A stretch of 64,000 nt of DNA from an uncultured bacterium (GTDB lineage: Bacteria; DAOPZR01). Location: positions 24,907-88,906 of the forward strand of contig CAZFBR010000001.1 of NCBI GenBank assembly GCA_964517215.1. Direction: 5' to 3'. Made by a program: the position numbers and the translations under genes. The notes beneath the pieces were generated by a model. The model did not search any database, was not told the origin of the DNA, and worked only from the letters and a program-made list of their open reading frames with translations. Numbering within the stretch: position 1 is the stretch's first letter; the number at the start of each line of letters is the position of its first letter. This document shows, one piece after another, positions 46,250 to 56,418 of this stretch.

Positions 46250-46430
46250 TCTCTCACCGGTGCTGCAGTCACCGGCGCCGGGAGTCGCCGGTGACCGCCG
46301 CGACAGTGTCGCGCCTCGCCCGGGCTGCAGTCACCGGCGCCAGGAGCGGCCGGTGACCGCCGCGACGGTGTCGCGCCTCGCCTGGGCTGCAGTCACCGGC
46401 GCCAGGAGCCGCCGGTGACCGCCGCCGAAC
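46250..46430. repeat. Tandem direct repeat, ~61-63 bp x ~2.7, each unit containing a 9-bp-stem hairpin GTCACCGGC...GCCGGTGAC
   Basis: Units start at ~46263, ~46326, ~46387 (GCTGCAGTCACCGGCGCC[A/G]GGAG..GCCGGTGACCGCCGCGAC[A/G]GTGTCGCGCCTCGCC[C/T]GG); lies between the transketolase-like stop and the exonuclease start. Confidence 0.8.
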
Positions 46431-47245
46431 TCTGCCGCACGGAACCGTCGCTGCTGGGTGAGCGGCTGCAGCTGGGATCGAAGAAACAATGCGCGATCTG
46501 CGGCGGGCGGCTGATCTGCAAGCAGGTCATCGCCGCCCGGCATCGCGGCCACCGGGACCAGCAGCCGTTCTACGCCTGCGCCGGCTGCCAGCGGTCGCTG
46601 GCCCGGTCGCACGGCAACCTGGTCAATGAAGACCATTTCATTGACACCCTGAAGAAGCTGAAGCAATTCAAGAGCGTGACGATCATCGACCTGGAAACCT
46701 CGGGACTGCTCAACCTCGGCGGCGAGATTATCGAGATCGGCGCGGTGAAGTACCGCTTGTCGCCGAAACTGGCGCTGGACGGCCTGTTCTTCCAGCGGAT
46801 CAATCCGCCGACGCGCGAATTCGATCCGATCGCCATGCGGGTTAACGGTATCGATCCCGCATCGCTCGCGGCGGCGCCGCCGCCCGAAGAAGTGCTGCCG
46901 AAGTTCCTCGCGTTCATCAACCATTCGCTGATTGTCGCGCATCGCGCGCTGTTCGACGCCGGCTTCCTCAATTGGTACTGCGACCGCTATGGCTACCCGC
47001 GGCCGCAGAATCCCGTGCTTGACACCTTCAGGATCGGTCAGCAGCTTTACGGCGAAGACGTGCGGCTCGACGGACTGCTCAAGCGCAACCATATCCGCGT
47101 CCCGGTTTCGCGCCACAAGTCGTGGGTTGACTGCCTGACCACCAGCGAGGTATTTTTCAAAATGGCGCGTTGGTATACGCTGGCCGAGCTGAACCCGCGC
47201 CCCTTCGCCGAATTCGACCCGTCGCTCTACAAGCCCGTCCGCTGA
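46415..47245 (+). CDS. DEDDh 3'-5' exonuclease (DnaQ-like) with N-terminal Cys4 Zn-ribbon
   Basis: CAICGGRL...CAGCQRS zinc ribbon; Exo I TIIDLETSGL, Exo II region FLAFINHSLIVAHRALFDAGFL, Exo III H-x4-D (SRHKSWVD). Confidence 0.65.
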   Translation: MTAAELCRTEPSLLGERLQLGSKKQCAICGGRLICKQVIAARHRGHRDQQPFYACAGCQRSLARSHGNLVNEDHFIDTLKKLKQFKSVTIIDLETSGLLNLGGEIIEIGAVKYRLSPKLALDGLFFQRINPPTREFDPIAMRVNGIDPASLAAAPPPEEVLPKFLAFINHSLIVAHRALFDAGFLNWYCDRYGYPRPQNPVLDTFRIGQQLYGEDVRLDGLLKRNHIRVPVSRHKSWVDCLTTSEVFFKMARWYTLAELNPRPFAEFDPSLYKPVR

Positions 47246-47396
47246 TCCGGCAACAGGCGGTCTGCCGCCGCTAACCCGCCGGCGCATTAACCGTGGTTGC
47301 TGCGGTGTTCCGCCGCATGGTGCGCTGCCGTCGGGTTGACGAAACTTTCCCGACGGTGTACAATTATCCATTCTGTGCTGCAGAAGGAGCAGGTGA

Positions 47397-48899
47397 ATGA
47401 CGGAACCGACCCAAGCCGCACCCGACCTCACGGCGGTGCGCCAGGCCAAACTCGATGCGCTGCGGGCGCAGGGCATCAATCCCTATCCCAACCGTTTTGT
47501 GACCGACACGACGGCGGCGGCGGCGCGCGCGGCGATTGCCGTGCTGCCGGAAGGCGGCACCGACCCGACGGTGCGGACGCTGGCCGGCCGGCTGATGTCC
47601 GTCCGCCGCATGGGCAAGGCGCTCTTCGCGCATCTGCGCGACCGCAGCGGCAACCTCCAGCTTTACGTGAAGAAGGGGACGCTCCCGGACGCGGATTTTG
47701 CGCTGATGGCGGAAACCCTCGATATTGGCGACCTGGTCGGCGTGCAGGGGACGGGGTTCGTAACCCGGACCGGCGAGCCAACGGTCCAGGTGCAGCATAT
47801 CGCGCTGCTGGCCAAGGGGCTGCGTCCGCTGCCGGAAAAGTGGCACGGACTGACTGACGTCGAGACGCGATTCCGCCAGCGGTACGTCGATTTCATCGTG
47901 AATGATGACGCGCGCGCGGCGCTGCGCGCCCGGGCACAGGCGATCGCCGTCCTGCGCAGCGAATTGGCGCAGCGCGAATTCCTTGAAGTCGAGACCCCGA
48001 TGATGCAGGCAATCGTCGGCGGGGCGACGGCGCGCCCGTTCATCACCCACCACAACACGCTGGGAATCGACCTTTACCTGCGGATCGCGCCGGAACTGTA
48101 CCTCAAGCGGCTCATTGTCGGCGGATTCGAGCGGGTGTTCGAGCTGGGCCGCAATTTCCGCAACGAAGGCATCTCGCTGATGCACAATCCCGAATTCACC
48201 ATGCTCGAGTTGTATCAGGCGGGCGCGGATTACCGGGACATGATGGACCTGACCGAGGCGCTGCTTACGGCGGTGTTCACCGCGGTGGCCGGCGGCACGA
48301 CGCTGCGCTGGCATGATCGCGAGTTGAATGCAACGGCGCCGTGGCGGCGGGTGACCATGCTCGACGCCATTGCCGAACTGACCGGCTGGCGGGCGGAGCA
48401 GAAAAGCCCGGCCGAGCTGCAGGCGTTCCTTGCGGGCAAGGGGCTGCCGGCGGAAAAACTGGCCGACCTGTCCCGGGAGAAGCTGATCGCCGAGGTGTTC
48501 GACAATGTGGTCCAGCCGACGCTGCAGGATCCGACCTTCGTGCATGATTATCCGCGCGCGCTGTCGCCCCTGGCCAAGTCGCGGCCGGACGATCCCGATA
48601 CGGTCGAACGGTTCGAGCTGTTTATCGGCGGCATGGAAATCGCCAACGCCTATTCGGAACTGAACGACCCCGCGGAACAGCGGCGGCGGTTTGAAGCGCA
48701 GCAGGCGCAGCGGGCGGCGGGCGATGTTGAGGCGCAGATGCTTGATGATGACTATATCCGCGCGCTGGAATACGGGCTGCCGCCGACCGGCGGGCTGGGC
48801 ATCGGCATCGACCGGGTGGTCATGCTGGCGACGGGCCATGTTTCGCTGCGCGAGGTGGTGGCCTTCCCGCAGCTGCGCCCGGAGGGTGCAGGTCAGTAG
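47397..48899 (+). CDS. lysS: Lysine--tRNA ligase (class II)
   Basis: OB anticodon-binding N-domain; class II motifs ([31 protein letters not shown]). Confidence 0.9.
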   Translation: MTEPTQAAPDLTAVRQAKLDALRAQGINPYPNRFVTDTTAAAARAAIAVLPEGGTDPTVRTLAGRLMSVRRMGKALFAHLRDRSGNLQLYVKKGTLPDADFALMAETLDIGDLVGVQGTGFVTRTGEPTVQVQHIALLAKGLRPLPEKWHGLTDVETRFRQRYVDFIVNDDARAALRARAQAIAVLRSELAQREFLEVETPMMQAIVGGATARPFITHHNTLGIDLYLRIAPELYLKRLIVGGFERVFELGRNFRNEGISLMHNPEFTMLELYQAGADYRDMMDLTEALLTAVFTAVAGGTTLRWHDRELNATAPWRRVTMLDAIAELTGWRAEQKSPAELQAFLAGKGLPAEKLADLSREKLIAEVFDNVVQPTLQDPTFVHDYPRALSPLAKSRPDDPDTVERFELFIGGMEIANAYSELNDPAEQRRRFEAQQAQRAAGDVEAQMLDDDYIRALEYGLPPTGGLGIGIDRVVMLATGHVSLREVVAFPQLRPEGAGQ

Positions 48900-48902
48900 C
48901 CC

Positions 48903-50114
48903 GTGTATTTCGCCTGGCTGGTCGGTTCCCGGCACCTGCGCACGCGGCGCGAGGGTTCGCTGGCGTCGCTGATCGCGCTGATTGCCATGCTGGGGGTGTG
49001 TGTCGGGGTGGCGGCGCTGATCATCGTCATTTCGGTGATGAACGGGTTCGAGCGCGATCTGGCGCAGAAAATCCTCGGCACCAATGCGCACATCCGCATT
49101 GTCAGCGCCGGCGGCAGCGGCATTACCGACACCATGGCGGTCTGTGCGGCGGTGGAACGGGTGCCCGGCGTGCTGGCCGCCGCCCCGGTCGCAGACGGCG
49201 AAGTGCTGCTGCGCGCCAACGGGCGGGTGCAGGGCGCCAAGCTGCGCGGCATCGCGCCGGCGCAGGAAACGCGGGTGACGGATATCGGGCGGTATCTCAC
49301 CCGCGGCACGCTTGAGTTTCCGCGCGAGAACGGCATCATCCTCGGCGAGGAACTGGCCCAGTTCCTCGGGGTCACGCTGGGCGACCGGATCTCGGTGGTC
49401 TCGCCGGAAATGATGCTGACCCCGGTCGGCATGGCCCCGCGCATGGCGGGCGTCGAGGTGACCGGCCTGTTCCGTTCGGGGATGTACGAATACGACTGCG
49501 TCATGGCCTATGCCCCGCTGCCGCTGGCGGCGCGGCTGCTCACGCCCGACGGGCGGGCCACTGCCATTGAGGTCAAGACGGTGGATCCGATGCTGGCCCA
49601 GCAGATTGCGCGGGCGGTGGGCGCCGCGCTCAATCACCGGCTGCTGGCCAAAAGCTGGCAGCAGATCAATCATTCGCTGTTTGCCGCCATCCGCCTGGAA
49701 AAGGTGACGATGTTCGTCATTCTTACGCTGATTGTCTTTGTGGCGGCGTTCAACGTCGCGGGCTCGCTGATCATGATGGTCATCGAGAAGACCGCGGACG
49801 TCGGGGTGATGCGCGCGTTCGGGGTTTCCCGCCGCACCGTGCTGCTGATCTTCCTCGGCGAGGGGATGATGATCGGGGCGGGCGGCACGCTGCTGGGCGG
49901 ACTGATCGGCGCGGGGGTCTGCTGGTTCCTGGTGCAGTTCGGTTTGCCCCTGCCCAGCGACGTCTATTACATCGACCAGCTGCCGGTGGATATGCAGCTG
50001 CTTGACGTGAGCATTGTCGTTGCCGGGACGCTGCTGCTGACCCTGCTGGCGGCGATCTATCCCGCGTGGCGCGCGGCCCGGCTCGATCCGGTCGCGGCCA
50101 TCCGGCTGGACTGA
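48903..50114 (+). CDS. lolE: Lipoprotein-releasing system permease LolC/LolE (FtsX-like)
   Basis: GTG start; 4 TM with large periplasmic loop; FtsX C-terminal domain. Confidence 0.8.
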   Translation: MYFAWLVGSRHLRTRREGSLASLIALIAMLGVCVGVAALIIVISVMNGFERDLAQKILGTNAHIRIVSAGGSGITDTMAVCAAVERVPGVLAAAPVADGEVLLRANGRVQGAKLRGIAPAQETRVTDIGRYLTRGTLEFPRENGIILGEELAQFLGVTLGDRISVVSPEMMLTPVGMAPRMAGVEVTGLFRSGMYEYDCVMAYAPLPLAARLLTPDGRATAIEVKTVDPMLAQQIARAVGAALNHRLLAKSWQQINHSLFAAIRLEKVTMFVILTLIVFVAAFNVAGSLIMMVIEKTADVGVMRAFGVSRRTVLLIFLGEGMMIGAGGTLLGGLIGAGVCWFLVQFGLPLPSDVYYIDQLPVDMQLLDVSIVVAGTLLLTLLAAIYPAWRAARLDPVAAIRLD

Positions 50115-50115
50115 C

Positions 50116-50928
50116 ATGAGCGCCGCCGGCTCCGCGCCGCTGCTGACTGCCGTCGGCCTGGCCATGACCTACCGGCGCAAGCATACGGATATTCCCGTGC
50201 TGCACGGTGTCAATCTGGCGCTGCATGCCGGCGAGGAACTGCTTATCGTCGGGGCGAGCGGCACCGGCAAAACGACGCTGCTCAACCTGCTGTCGGGTCT
50301 GGAGCGCCCGACGGCCGGTACGGTCAGCTATCGCGGTCAGGTGCTGGCGACGCTGAGCGACCGGGAACGGTCGCGGCTGCGGGCGGAGCAACTGGGGTTT
50401 GTTTTCCAGCTGCATCACTTGCTGGGTGAATTCAGCGCCCTGGAGAATGTCATGCTCCCCGCGCTGGCGGCGGGGATGACCCGCGCCGCGGCGCGGGCAC
50501 GCGCGGCTGAACTGCTGGACCGGGTCGGGCTGAGCCGGCGCGGCGAGCATTTTCCCGCACAGCTGTCGGGCGGCGAATCGCAGCGGGTGGCGGTGGCGCG
50601 GGCGCTGGTGAACCGCCCGGCGCTGGTCATGGCCGACGAACCGACCGGCAACCTGGACTGGGCGAGCGGCCATCAGGTTATCGACCTGCTGCGCGAGCTG
50701 GTGCGGGAGCGGCAGGGCGCCTTCCTGCTGGTTTCGCATGATGACCGGTTGTGCCGCGAGCTGCCGGTGCGCCGGCTGGCGGCAGGGATTCTGCAGCCGC
50801 CGGCGGAATCGCCGGCGGGAACAGGCGCGGGGCCGGTTGCGGGGTGCGGCGGCGGCCCTGACGTGCAGGCGGCCGCGGGGTCAGCGTGCGGCGGCGGGGC
50901 GACTGACGGGGGAAAGGGAACGGCATGA
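50116..50928 (+). CDS. lolD: Lipoprotein-releasing system ATP-binding protein LolD (with ~50-aa C-terminal extension)
   Basis: GASGTGKTTLLN, LSGGESQRVAVARAL, MADEPTGNLD; LolD-type D-loop. Confidence 0.8.
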   Translation: MSAAGSAPLLTAVGLAMTYRRKHTDIPVLHGVNLALHAGEELLIVGASGTGKTTLLNLLSGLERPTAGTVSYRGQVLATLSDRERSRLRAEQLGFVFQLHHLLGEFSALENVMLPALAAGMTRAAARARAAELLDRVGLSRRGEHFPAQLSGGESQRVAVARALVNRPALVMADEPTGNLDWASGHQVIDLLRELVRERQGAFLLVSHDDRLCRELPVRRLAAGILQPPAESPAGTGAGPVAGCGGGPDVQAAAGSACGGGATDGGKGTA

Positions 50929-51443
50929 GCGAAAAAAACTGCGAACACTGCCACGAGCGGCCGGCCACGATCCGCATCGTCCAGCAGCTCGGCGACAAGG
51001 TGACCAAGCACAGCTTTTGCGAGACCTGTGCCGAAAAGCTGGGGATCACCGGTGACGGCATGAATTTTTCCCTCGCCAACCTGCTGACGGCGTTTGCCAA
51101 TCTCGACAGCGTGACCGAGGCGGCGGCGGAACCGGAAACGGCATGCGCCTGCGGCCTGACCTTTCCCGAATTCCGCGAGAGCGGCCGGCTCGGTTGCGCG
51201 CAGTGCTACACCACCTTCGCGCCGCGGCTGGCCCAGCTGCTGCGCACCATCCACGGCAGCACCGAGCATCGCGGCAAGTGTCCGCGGCGGCGGGCGGCGG
51301 CGGTCTCGCGCAATCGCGAGCGGCTGCGCCTGCAGGCGGATCTGCGCGACGCGGTGCGGCGCGAGGATTACGAAACCGCGGCGCGGCTGCGCGACACCAT
51401 CCGCGGACTGGCGCCGGATGAAGCCCCGGAGGAACGCGCATGA
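50925..51443 (+). CDS. mcsA: McsA-like protein-arginine kinase activator (Zn fingers plus UVR domain)
   Basis: CEHCHERPA...FCETCA and CACG...CAQCY cysteine pairs; UVR motif LRLQADLRDAVRREDYETAARLRDTIRGL. Confidence 0.75.
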   Translation: MSEKNCEHCHERPATIRIVQQLGDKVTKHSFCETCAEKLGITGDGMNFSLANLLTAFANLDSVTEAAAEPETACACGLTFPEFRESGRLGCAQCYTTFAPRLAQLLRTIHGSTEHRGKCPRRRAAAVSRNRERLRLQADLRDAVRREDYETAARLRDTIRGLAPDEAPEERA

Positions 51444-52483
51444 TCGAGCAACTGATGCGCGGCAGCGGGGAGTGGCTGGCCGCGCAGGGTCCGGAATCGG
51501 ACATTGTGCTCACCAGCCGGGTGCGGCTGGCGCGCAACCTGGCGGACCAGCCGTTTGCCAGCCGGGCCGACGAGGCCACCGCGCAAGCCACCCGCGAGCA
51601 CATCCTCGCGGCGGCGCGCGACACCACCCAGCTGGCGGGCGCCCTGTATTTCGATCTGCCGCACACCCCGGAGAGCGAACAGCAGCTGCTGGTCGAGCGC
51701 CACCTGATCAGTCACAACCTGCTGACCGCGACCGCGGGCGGCGCGCTGGTCAAGCCGGGCGAAGCGGCGTCGGTGATGATCAACGAGGAGGACCACCTGC
51801 GGATCACCGCGTTTGCCTCGGGCCTGCAGCTGGCGCGCACCCTTGAGGCGGTCAATGAGATCGATGATGCGCTCGACCAGCGGCTCACCTTTGCCTTCCG
51901 CGACGACTGGGGCTACCTGACCGCCTGCCCGACCAATGTCGGGACGGGCCTGCGTGCGTCGGTGCTGGTGCATCTGCCCGGGCTGATCCTCTCCAAGCGG
52001 ATCAACACGGCGATCAAGGGGATTTCGCATCTCGGCCTGACCGTGCGCGGCTACTATGGCGAGGGGACGGACAGCATCGGCGACTTCTTCCAGATTTCCA
52101 ACCAGGTGACGATGGGCAACAGCGAAAGCGACCTCATTGCCACCATCACCGAAGTCACCCAGCGCATCATCAAGAACGAGCTGACGGCGCGCCGGCAGCT
52201 GTATGTGCGCCAGCGGCTGAAATTGGAAAACCGCGTCTGGCGCGCGCTCGGGCAGCTGCGCAGCGCGCGGCTGCTTCCCGCGGAGGAGGCGATGGAGCTG
52301 CTGTCGGCGCTGCGGCTGGGGATCAGCATGGGGATTATTCCGGACATCGACGTGCACCTGCTGAATGAGGTGTTCCTGCTCATTCAGCCGGCGCATGTGC
52401 AGTATTACGGCGGCAGCGAGGCCAGCGGCGAGCAGCAGGCCTGGCTGCGGGCCAGGCTGGTGCGCGAGAAACTGGCCGGCTGA
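51440..52483 (+). CDS. mcsB: Protein arginine kinase McsB (ATP:guanido phosphotransferase)
   Basis: SRVRLARNL, EEDHLRI, CPTNVGTGLRASV phosphagen-kinase motifs. Confidence 0.85.
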   Translation: MIEQLMRGSGEWLAAQGPESDIVLTSRVRLARNLADQPFASRADEATAQATREHILAAARDTTQLAGALYFDLPHTPESEQQLLVERHLISHNLLTATAGGALVKPGEAASVMINEEDHLRITAFASGLQLARTLEAVNEIDDALDQRLTFAFRDDWGYLTACPTNVGTGLRASVLVHLPGLILSKRINTAIKGISHLGLTVRGYYGEGTDSIGDFFQISNQVTMGNSESDLIATITEVTQRIIKNELTARRQLYVRQRLKLENRVWRALGQLRSARLLPAEEAMELLSALRLGISMGIIPDIDVHLLNEVFLLIQPAHVQYYGGSEASGEQQAWLRARLVREKLAG

Positions 52484-52504
52484 CGCCGGCCTGCGGAGAG
52501 GATT

Positions 52505-55012
52505 ATGGCGGATTTTCACTATCAGGGGTTTACCCCGCGGGCGAAAAAGCTGGTGCATATCGCCCAGAACCTCGGCATCACGCTGGGGGTGCGGCGGATG
52601 GGCGACGAGTTTCTGCTCTTTGCCATCCTGAAGATGGGCGAGGGCCTGGCGTTTGATGCGCTGCGCCAGCTGGAGGTCGAGCCCGGGCAGCTGACCCGCG
52701 AACTGGAGCAGTTCATCCGCGAGAAATACCAGACCGAGGCGAACCTGCTGGAAACGCCCGATTTCGGGCCGACCGCGGCGCGGCGGCTGCAGTCCTGCGC
52801 GCAACTGGCGGTCGGACTCGGCCAGGATTATGTCGGGACCGAGCATATTCTGCTGGTGCTGCTCAAGGGCGGGGGGACGCATACCGCGCAGCTGCTGGCC
52901 AAATACGGCATTGACTTCGAGAAGGCGCGGGCGGTGATTTTCCGTTTTCTGGGCGCGGCGGGCAAGTCCGCGCCGGACGAGCGGGCGGAAGCGGAGGCGG
53001 AGGACGAGGAGGAGGAGGACAAGCCGCGGGCCCACGGCCCGGCGGGGCTGCCCCCCGGCGCGCGCAAATCGCTGGTGGCGCAGTTTTCACGCGACCTGAC
53101 CAAGCTGGCGGAGGACGGCAAGCTCGACCCGGTGATCGGGCGCGAGAAGGAAATTGCGCGGCTGGAGCAGATTCTGTCGCGGCGGACCAAGAACAACCCG
53201 GTGCTGATCGGTGATCCGGGGGTGGGCAAGACGGCGATTGTCGAGGGGCTGGCGCAGCGCATTGTGGCGGAACAGGTGCCGCAGGGCCTGCGCGGCAAGC
53301 GGCTGCTGACGCTCGACCTGGCGGGGATCGTGGCGGGGACCAAGTACCGCGGGCAGTTCGAGCAGCGGCTGAAGTCCATTCTCGCCGAGCTGATTGCCAA
53401 GCGTGACGCGATCGTTTTCCTCGACGAACTGCACACCATCATCGGCGCCGGTTCGGCTGAAGGCTCGATGGATGCGGCCAACCTGCTCAAGCCCGCGCTG
53501 GCGCGCGGCGAACTGCAGTGCATCGGCGCCACCACCCTGGATGAATACAAGAAGTACATCGAGAAGGATGCCGCGCTTGAGCGCCGGTTTCAGCCGGTGA
53601 ATGTGCCGGAACCGACGGTTGAGGAGACGGTCGCCATCCTGCGCGGGCTGCGCCCGCGCTACGAGGAGCATCATCGCGTGGCGGTGGCTGACGACGCGCT
53701 GGTGGCGGCGGCGCGCCTGTCGAAGCGCTACCTCAGCGACCGTTTTCTGCCCGACAAGGCGGTGGACCTGATGGATGAGTCCTGCGCGCGGCTGCAGCTG
53801 GCGACGCGCACCGGGCCGGACGAGCGGGAGCAGCTGGCTGCGCGACTTACGGAGATCGAAGGCGAAAAGCGGAAGGCCATCAACGAGCAGGATTACGAGC
53901 GGGCGGCGGAGCTGCGGGACGAAGAAAAGGTCGTGCAGCAGCGGCTGGTTGAGCTGGGCGACACTCCGCCGGCTGGCGACCGGCCGACGGTAACGGCCAC
54001 CGATATTGCCCGGCTGATCGCGCAGTGGACGGGCATCCCGGTGGACAGCATCACCGAGGCGGAGGGTTCGAAGCTGCTGCGCATCGAGGACGAATTGCGC
54101 AAGCGCGTGATCGGCCAGGAGGAGGCGATCAGCGCGGTGGCCAAAGCCATCCGCCGGGCGCGGACCGGGCTCAAGGACCCCGCCAAGCCCGCGGGGACGT
54201 TCCTGTTCCTCGGCCCGACGGGCGTGGGCAAGACCGAGCTGGCGCGCGCCCTGGCGCTGTTCCTCTTCGGCGAGGAAGAGGCGCTGATCCGCATCGACAT
54301 GAGCGAGTTTGTGGAGAAATTCGCCGTCTCGCGGCTGACCGGGGCGCCCCCGGGCTATGTCGGTTACGAGGAGGGGGGGCAGCTCACCGAGGCGGTGCGC
54401 CGCCGGCCGTTCGCGGTGGTGCTGCTGGATGAGATCGAAAAGGCGCATCCCGATGTGTTCAACATCCTGCTGCAGGTGCTTGACGACGGCCAGCTGTCGG
54501 ACAATCTCGGCCACACGGTTGATTTCAAGAACGCCGTGGTCATCATGACCTCAAACGTGGGCGGGCGGGACATCGCCAAGGGCGGGGGCGGGGTCGGGTT
54601 TATCGGCGACAGCGACGCCGCGTCGTTCGCCCGCCTGAAGGAGAGCGCCCTGTCGGAACTGAAGAAGACCTTCAACCCGGAGTTTCTCAACCGGCTTGAC
54701 GAGATCATTGTCTTCCATCCGCTTGACCACCGGCATCTGCGCGCCATCCTCGACATCATGCTGCATGACCTTGAGGAGCGGCTGACTGCGCAGGAGCTGC
54801 GGCTGGAACTGACTGACGCGGCCAAGGAACTGCTGGTTACCAAGGGTGACGACCGCAAGTACGGGGCGCGGCCGCTGCTGCGCGTGCTGCGCCGCGAGAT
54901 CGAGGAACCGCTGTCGCTCAAGCTGCTGGAGGGGAGCTTTGTAGCCGGTGATGTTATCATCGGCGATGCCGGCGACAATGCCCTGATCTTCAGCACGAAG
55001 CCCTCCGCCTGA
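52505..55012 (+). CDS. clpC: ATP-dependent Clp protease ATP-binding subunit ClpC
   Basis: Clp-N repeats, AAA1 [11 protein letters not shown] linker, AAA2 GPTGVGKT, ClpB_D2-small. Confidence 0.9.
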   Translation: MADFHYQGFTPRAKKLVHIAQNLGITLGVRRMGDEFLLFAILKMGEGLAFDALRQLEVEPGQLTRELEQFIREKYQTEANLLETPDFGPTAARRLQSCAQLAVGLGQDYVGTEHILLVLLKGGGTHTAQLLAKYGIDFEKARAVIFRFLGAAGKSAPDERAEAEAEDEEEEDKPRAHGPAGLPPGARKSLVAQFSRDLTKLAEDGKLDPVIGREKEIARLEQILSRRTKNNPVLIGDPGVGKTAIVEGLAQRIVAEQVPQGLRGKRLLTLDLAGIVAGTKYRGQFEQRLKSILAELIAKRDAIVFLDELHTIIGAGSAEGSMDAANLLKPALARGELQCIGATTLDEYKKYIEKDAALERRFQPVNVPEPTVEETVAILRGLRPRYEEHHRVAVADDALVAAARLSKRYLSDRFLPDKAVDLMDESCARLQLATRTGPDEREQLAARLTEIEGEKRKAINEQDYERAAELRDEEKVVQQRLVELGDTPPAGDRPTVTATDIARLIAQWTGIPVDSITEAEGSKLLRIEDELRKRVIGQEEAISAVAKAIRRARTGLKDPAKPAGTFLFLGPTGVGKTELARALALFLFGEEEALIRIDMSEFVEKFAVSRLTGAPPGYVGYEEGGQLTEAVRRRPFAVVLLDEIEKAHPDVFNILLQVLDDGQLSDNLGHTVDFKNAVVIMTSNVGGRDIAKGGGGVGFIGDSDAASFARLKESALSELKKTFNPEFLNRLDEIIVFHPLDHRHLRAILDIMLHDLEERLTAQELRLELTDAAKELLVTKGDDRKYGARPLLRVLRREIEEPLSLKLLEGSFVAGDVIIGDAGDNALIFSTKPSA

Positions 55013-55026
55013 CCGGGCCCAACGGC

Positions 55027-56418
55027 ATGCTGGCGCGCGCCCGACGGATGCTGGCCATTGCGGCGGCCAAACTGGCTTATCATGCCGCCCGGGCCACCGG
55101 TCGCGGCGGCGGGACGGCCTTTCCCGGCCTGGTGGCGCAGGCCCTGTGTCCCGGCCTGCTGGCCGCGCTGACCGGCGGACTGCCGCGCGGCTCGCTGGTG
55201 GTCACCGGCACCAACGGCAAGACGACCACCACGCGCATGCTGTCGGATTCCCTGACGCTGGCGGGTTGGTCGGTGGCGCACAACCGGCACGGCTCGAACC
55301 TGCTGCGCGGGGTCACCGCGGCGGCGGCGCTGCAGAGCACCGCCGCCGGGGTGCTGCCCGCCACCGTCGGGTTGTGGGAAACCGACGAGGCGGCCTTTCC
55401 CGCCATCGTCGCCGCGGTGCAGCCGCGGGTGATTGTCATCACCAACCTGTTTCGCGACCAGCTCGACCGCTACGGCGAGACGGAACAGATCCGCAGCCGC
55501 TGGGTCAGCGTGCTGCCGGCGCTGCCGCGCGCAACCCTGGTGCTCAATGCCGACGACCCGTCGGTGGCCACGCTGGGGGCGGCGCATCCGGGGCCGGTGG
55601 TCTATTTCGGGATCAGCGACGACAGCTGCCGCCAGGCGGGCGACGCCCATGCCAGCGACGTGCGCACCTGCCGGCGCTGCAACGGGACGCTGACCTACCG
55701 CCAGCATTTTCTCAGCCATCTGGGCGATTGGTCCTGTCCCGCCTGCGGCGATCGCCGTCCGGCGCTGACGTTCAGCGCCAGCGCCATCGCCCCGACGCTG
55801 CGCGACTGCTCGTTTCGCCTGACCACGCCGGCGGGAACGCAGCAGATCCGGCTGCCGCTGGCCGGCACGTACAATGTCTACAACGCGCTGGCGGCAATTG
55901 CCGCCGCGAGCGCCCTGGCGCTGGACGCTGCCGGGGCCGTGGCGGCGCTGGCGAAATTCCAGCCCGCCTTCGGCCGCTTTGAACGGCTCGCGGTGGCCGG
56001 TCGCGAACTGTGCCTGTTTCTGGTGAAAAATCCGACCGGCGCCAATGCCGTCCTGCAGACGCTGGCTGCGGCGAACGAGCGGCAGCTCCCGGTGCTGGTC
56101 GCCATTAACGACCTGACTGCCGACGGGCATGATGTTTCCTGGCTGTGGGATGCCGATTTCGAGCTGCTGGCCGGTTGCGCGTCACCGGTGGCGACGGCGG
56201 GCATTCGCGGCGCGGATATGGCGGTGCGGCTGAAATACGCGGGCCTGCCGGCGCCGGCGGTGATGCCGGGCGATGACAGCGGCGAAGCGCTGTATGCCTG
56301 GCTGCAGACCATTCCCGCGGGCGCGACGGCGTACTGCCTTGCCACCTACACCGCCATGCTGGCCATCCAGAAGATGCTCGCCGCGCGCGGCTGCAAGGCG
56401 CCGTACTGGAAGGAATGA
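55027..56418 (+). CDS. murT: Lipid II isoglutaminyl synthase MurT (Mur-ligase family with Zn ribbon plus DUF1727)
   Basis: VTGTNGKTTTTRM, Cys4 ribbon CRRCNG...CPACG, DUF1727-like C-terminus. Confidence 0.8.
   Translation: MLARARRMLAIAAAKLAYHAARATGRGGGTAFPGLVAQALCPGLLAALTGGLPRGSLVVTGTNGKTTTTRMLSDSLTLAGWSVAHNRHGSNLLRGVTAAAALQSTAAGVLPATVGLWETDEAAFPAIVAAVQPRVIVITNLFRDQLDRYGETEQIRSRWVSVLPALPRATLVLNADDPSVATLGAAHPGPVVYFGISDDSCRQAGDAHASDVRTCRRCNGTLTYRQHFLSHLGDWSCPACGDRRPALTFSASAIAPTLRDCSFRLTTPAGTQQIRLPLAGTYNVYNALAAIAAASALALDAAGAVAALAKFQPAFGRFERLAVAGRELCLFLVKNPTGANAVLQTLAAANERQLPVLVAINDLTADGHDVSWLWDADFELLAGCASPVATAGIRGADMAVRLKYAGLPAPAVMPGDDSGEALYAWLQTIPAGATAYCLATYTAMLAIQKMLAARGCKAPYWKE

Noticed and set aside
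46236-46418. Repeat-encoded peptide (VTAATVSRLA[R/W]AAVTGARSGR)n as a repetitive N-terminus of the exonuclease
   Set aside because: The repeat ORFs are in different frames from the exonuclease and from each other; no continuous frame links them.
46250-46430. CRISPR array
   Set aside because: The units are contiguous with no unique spacers, only ~2.7 copies, and no cas genes are nearby. It is a simple tandem repeat.
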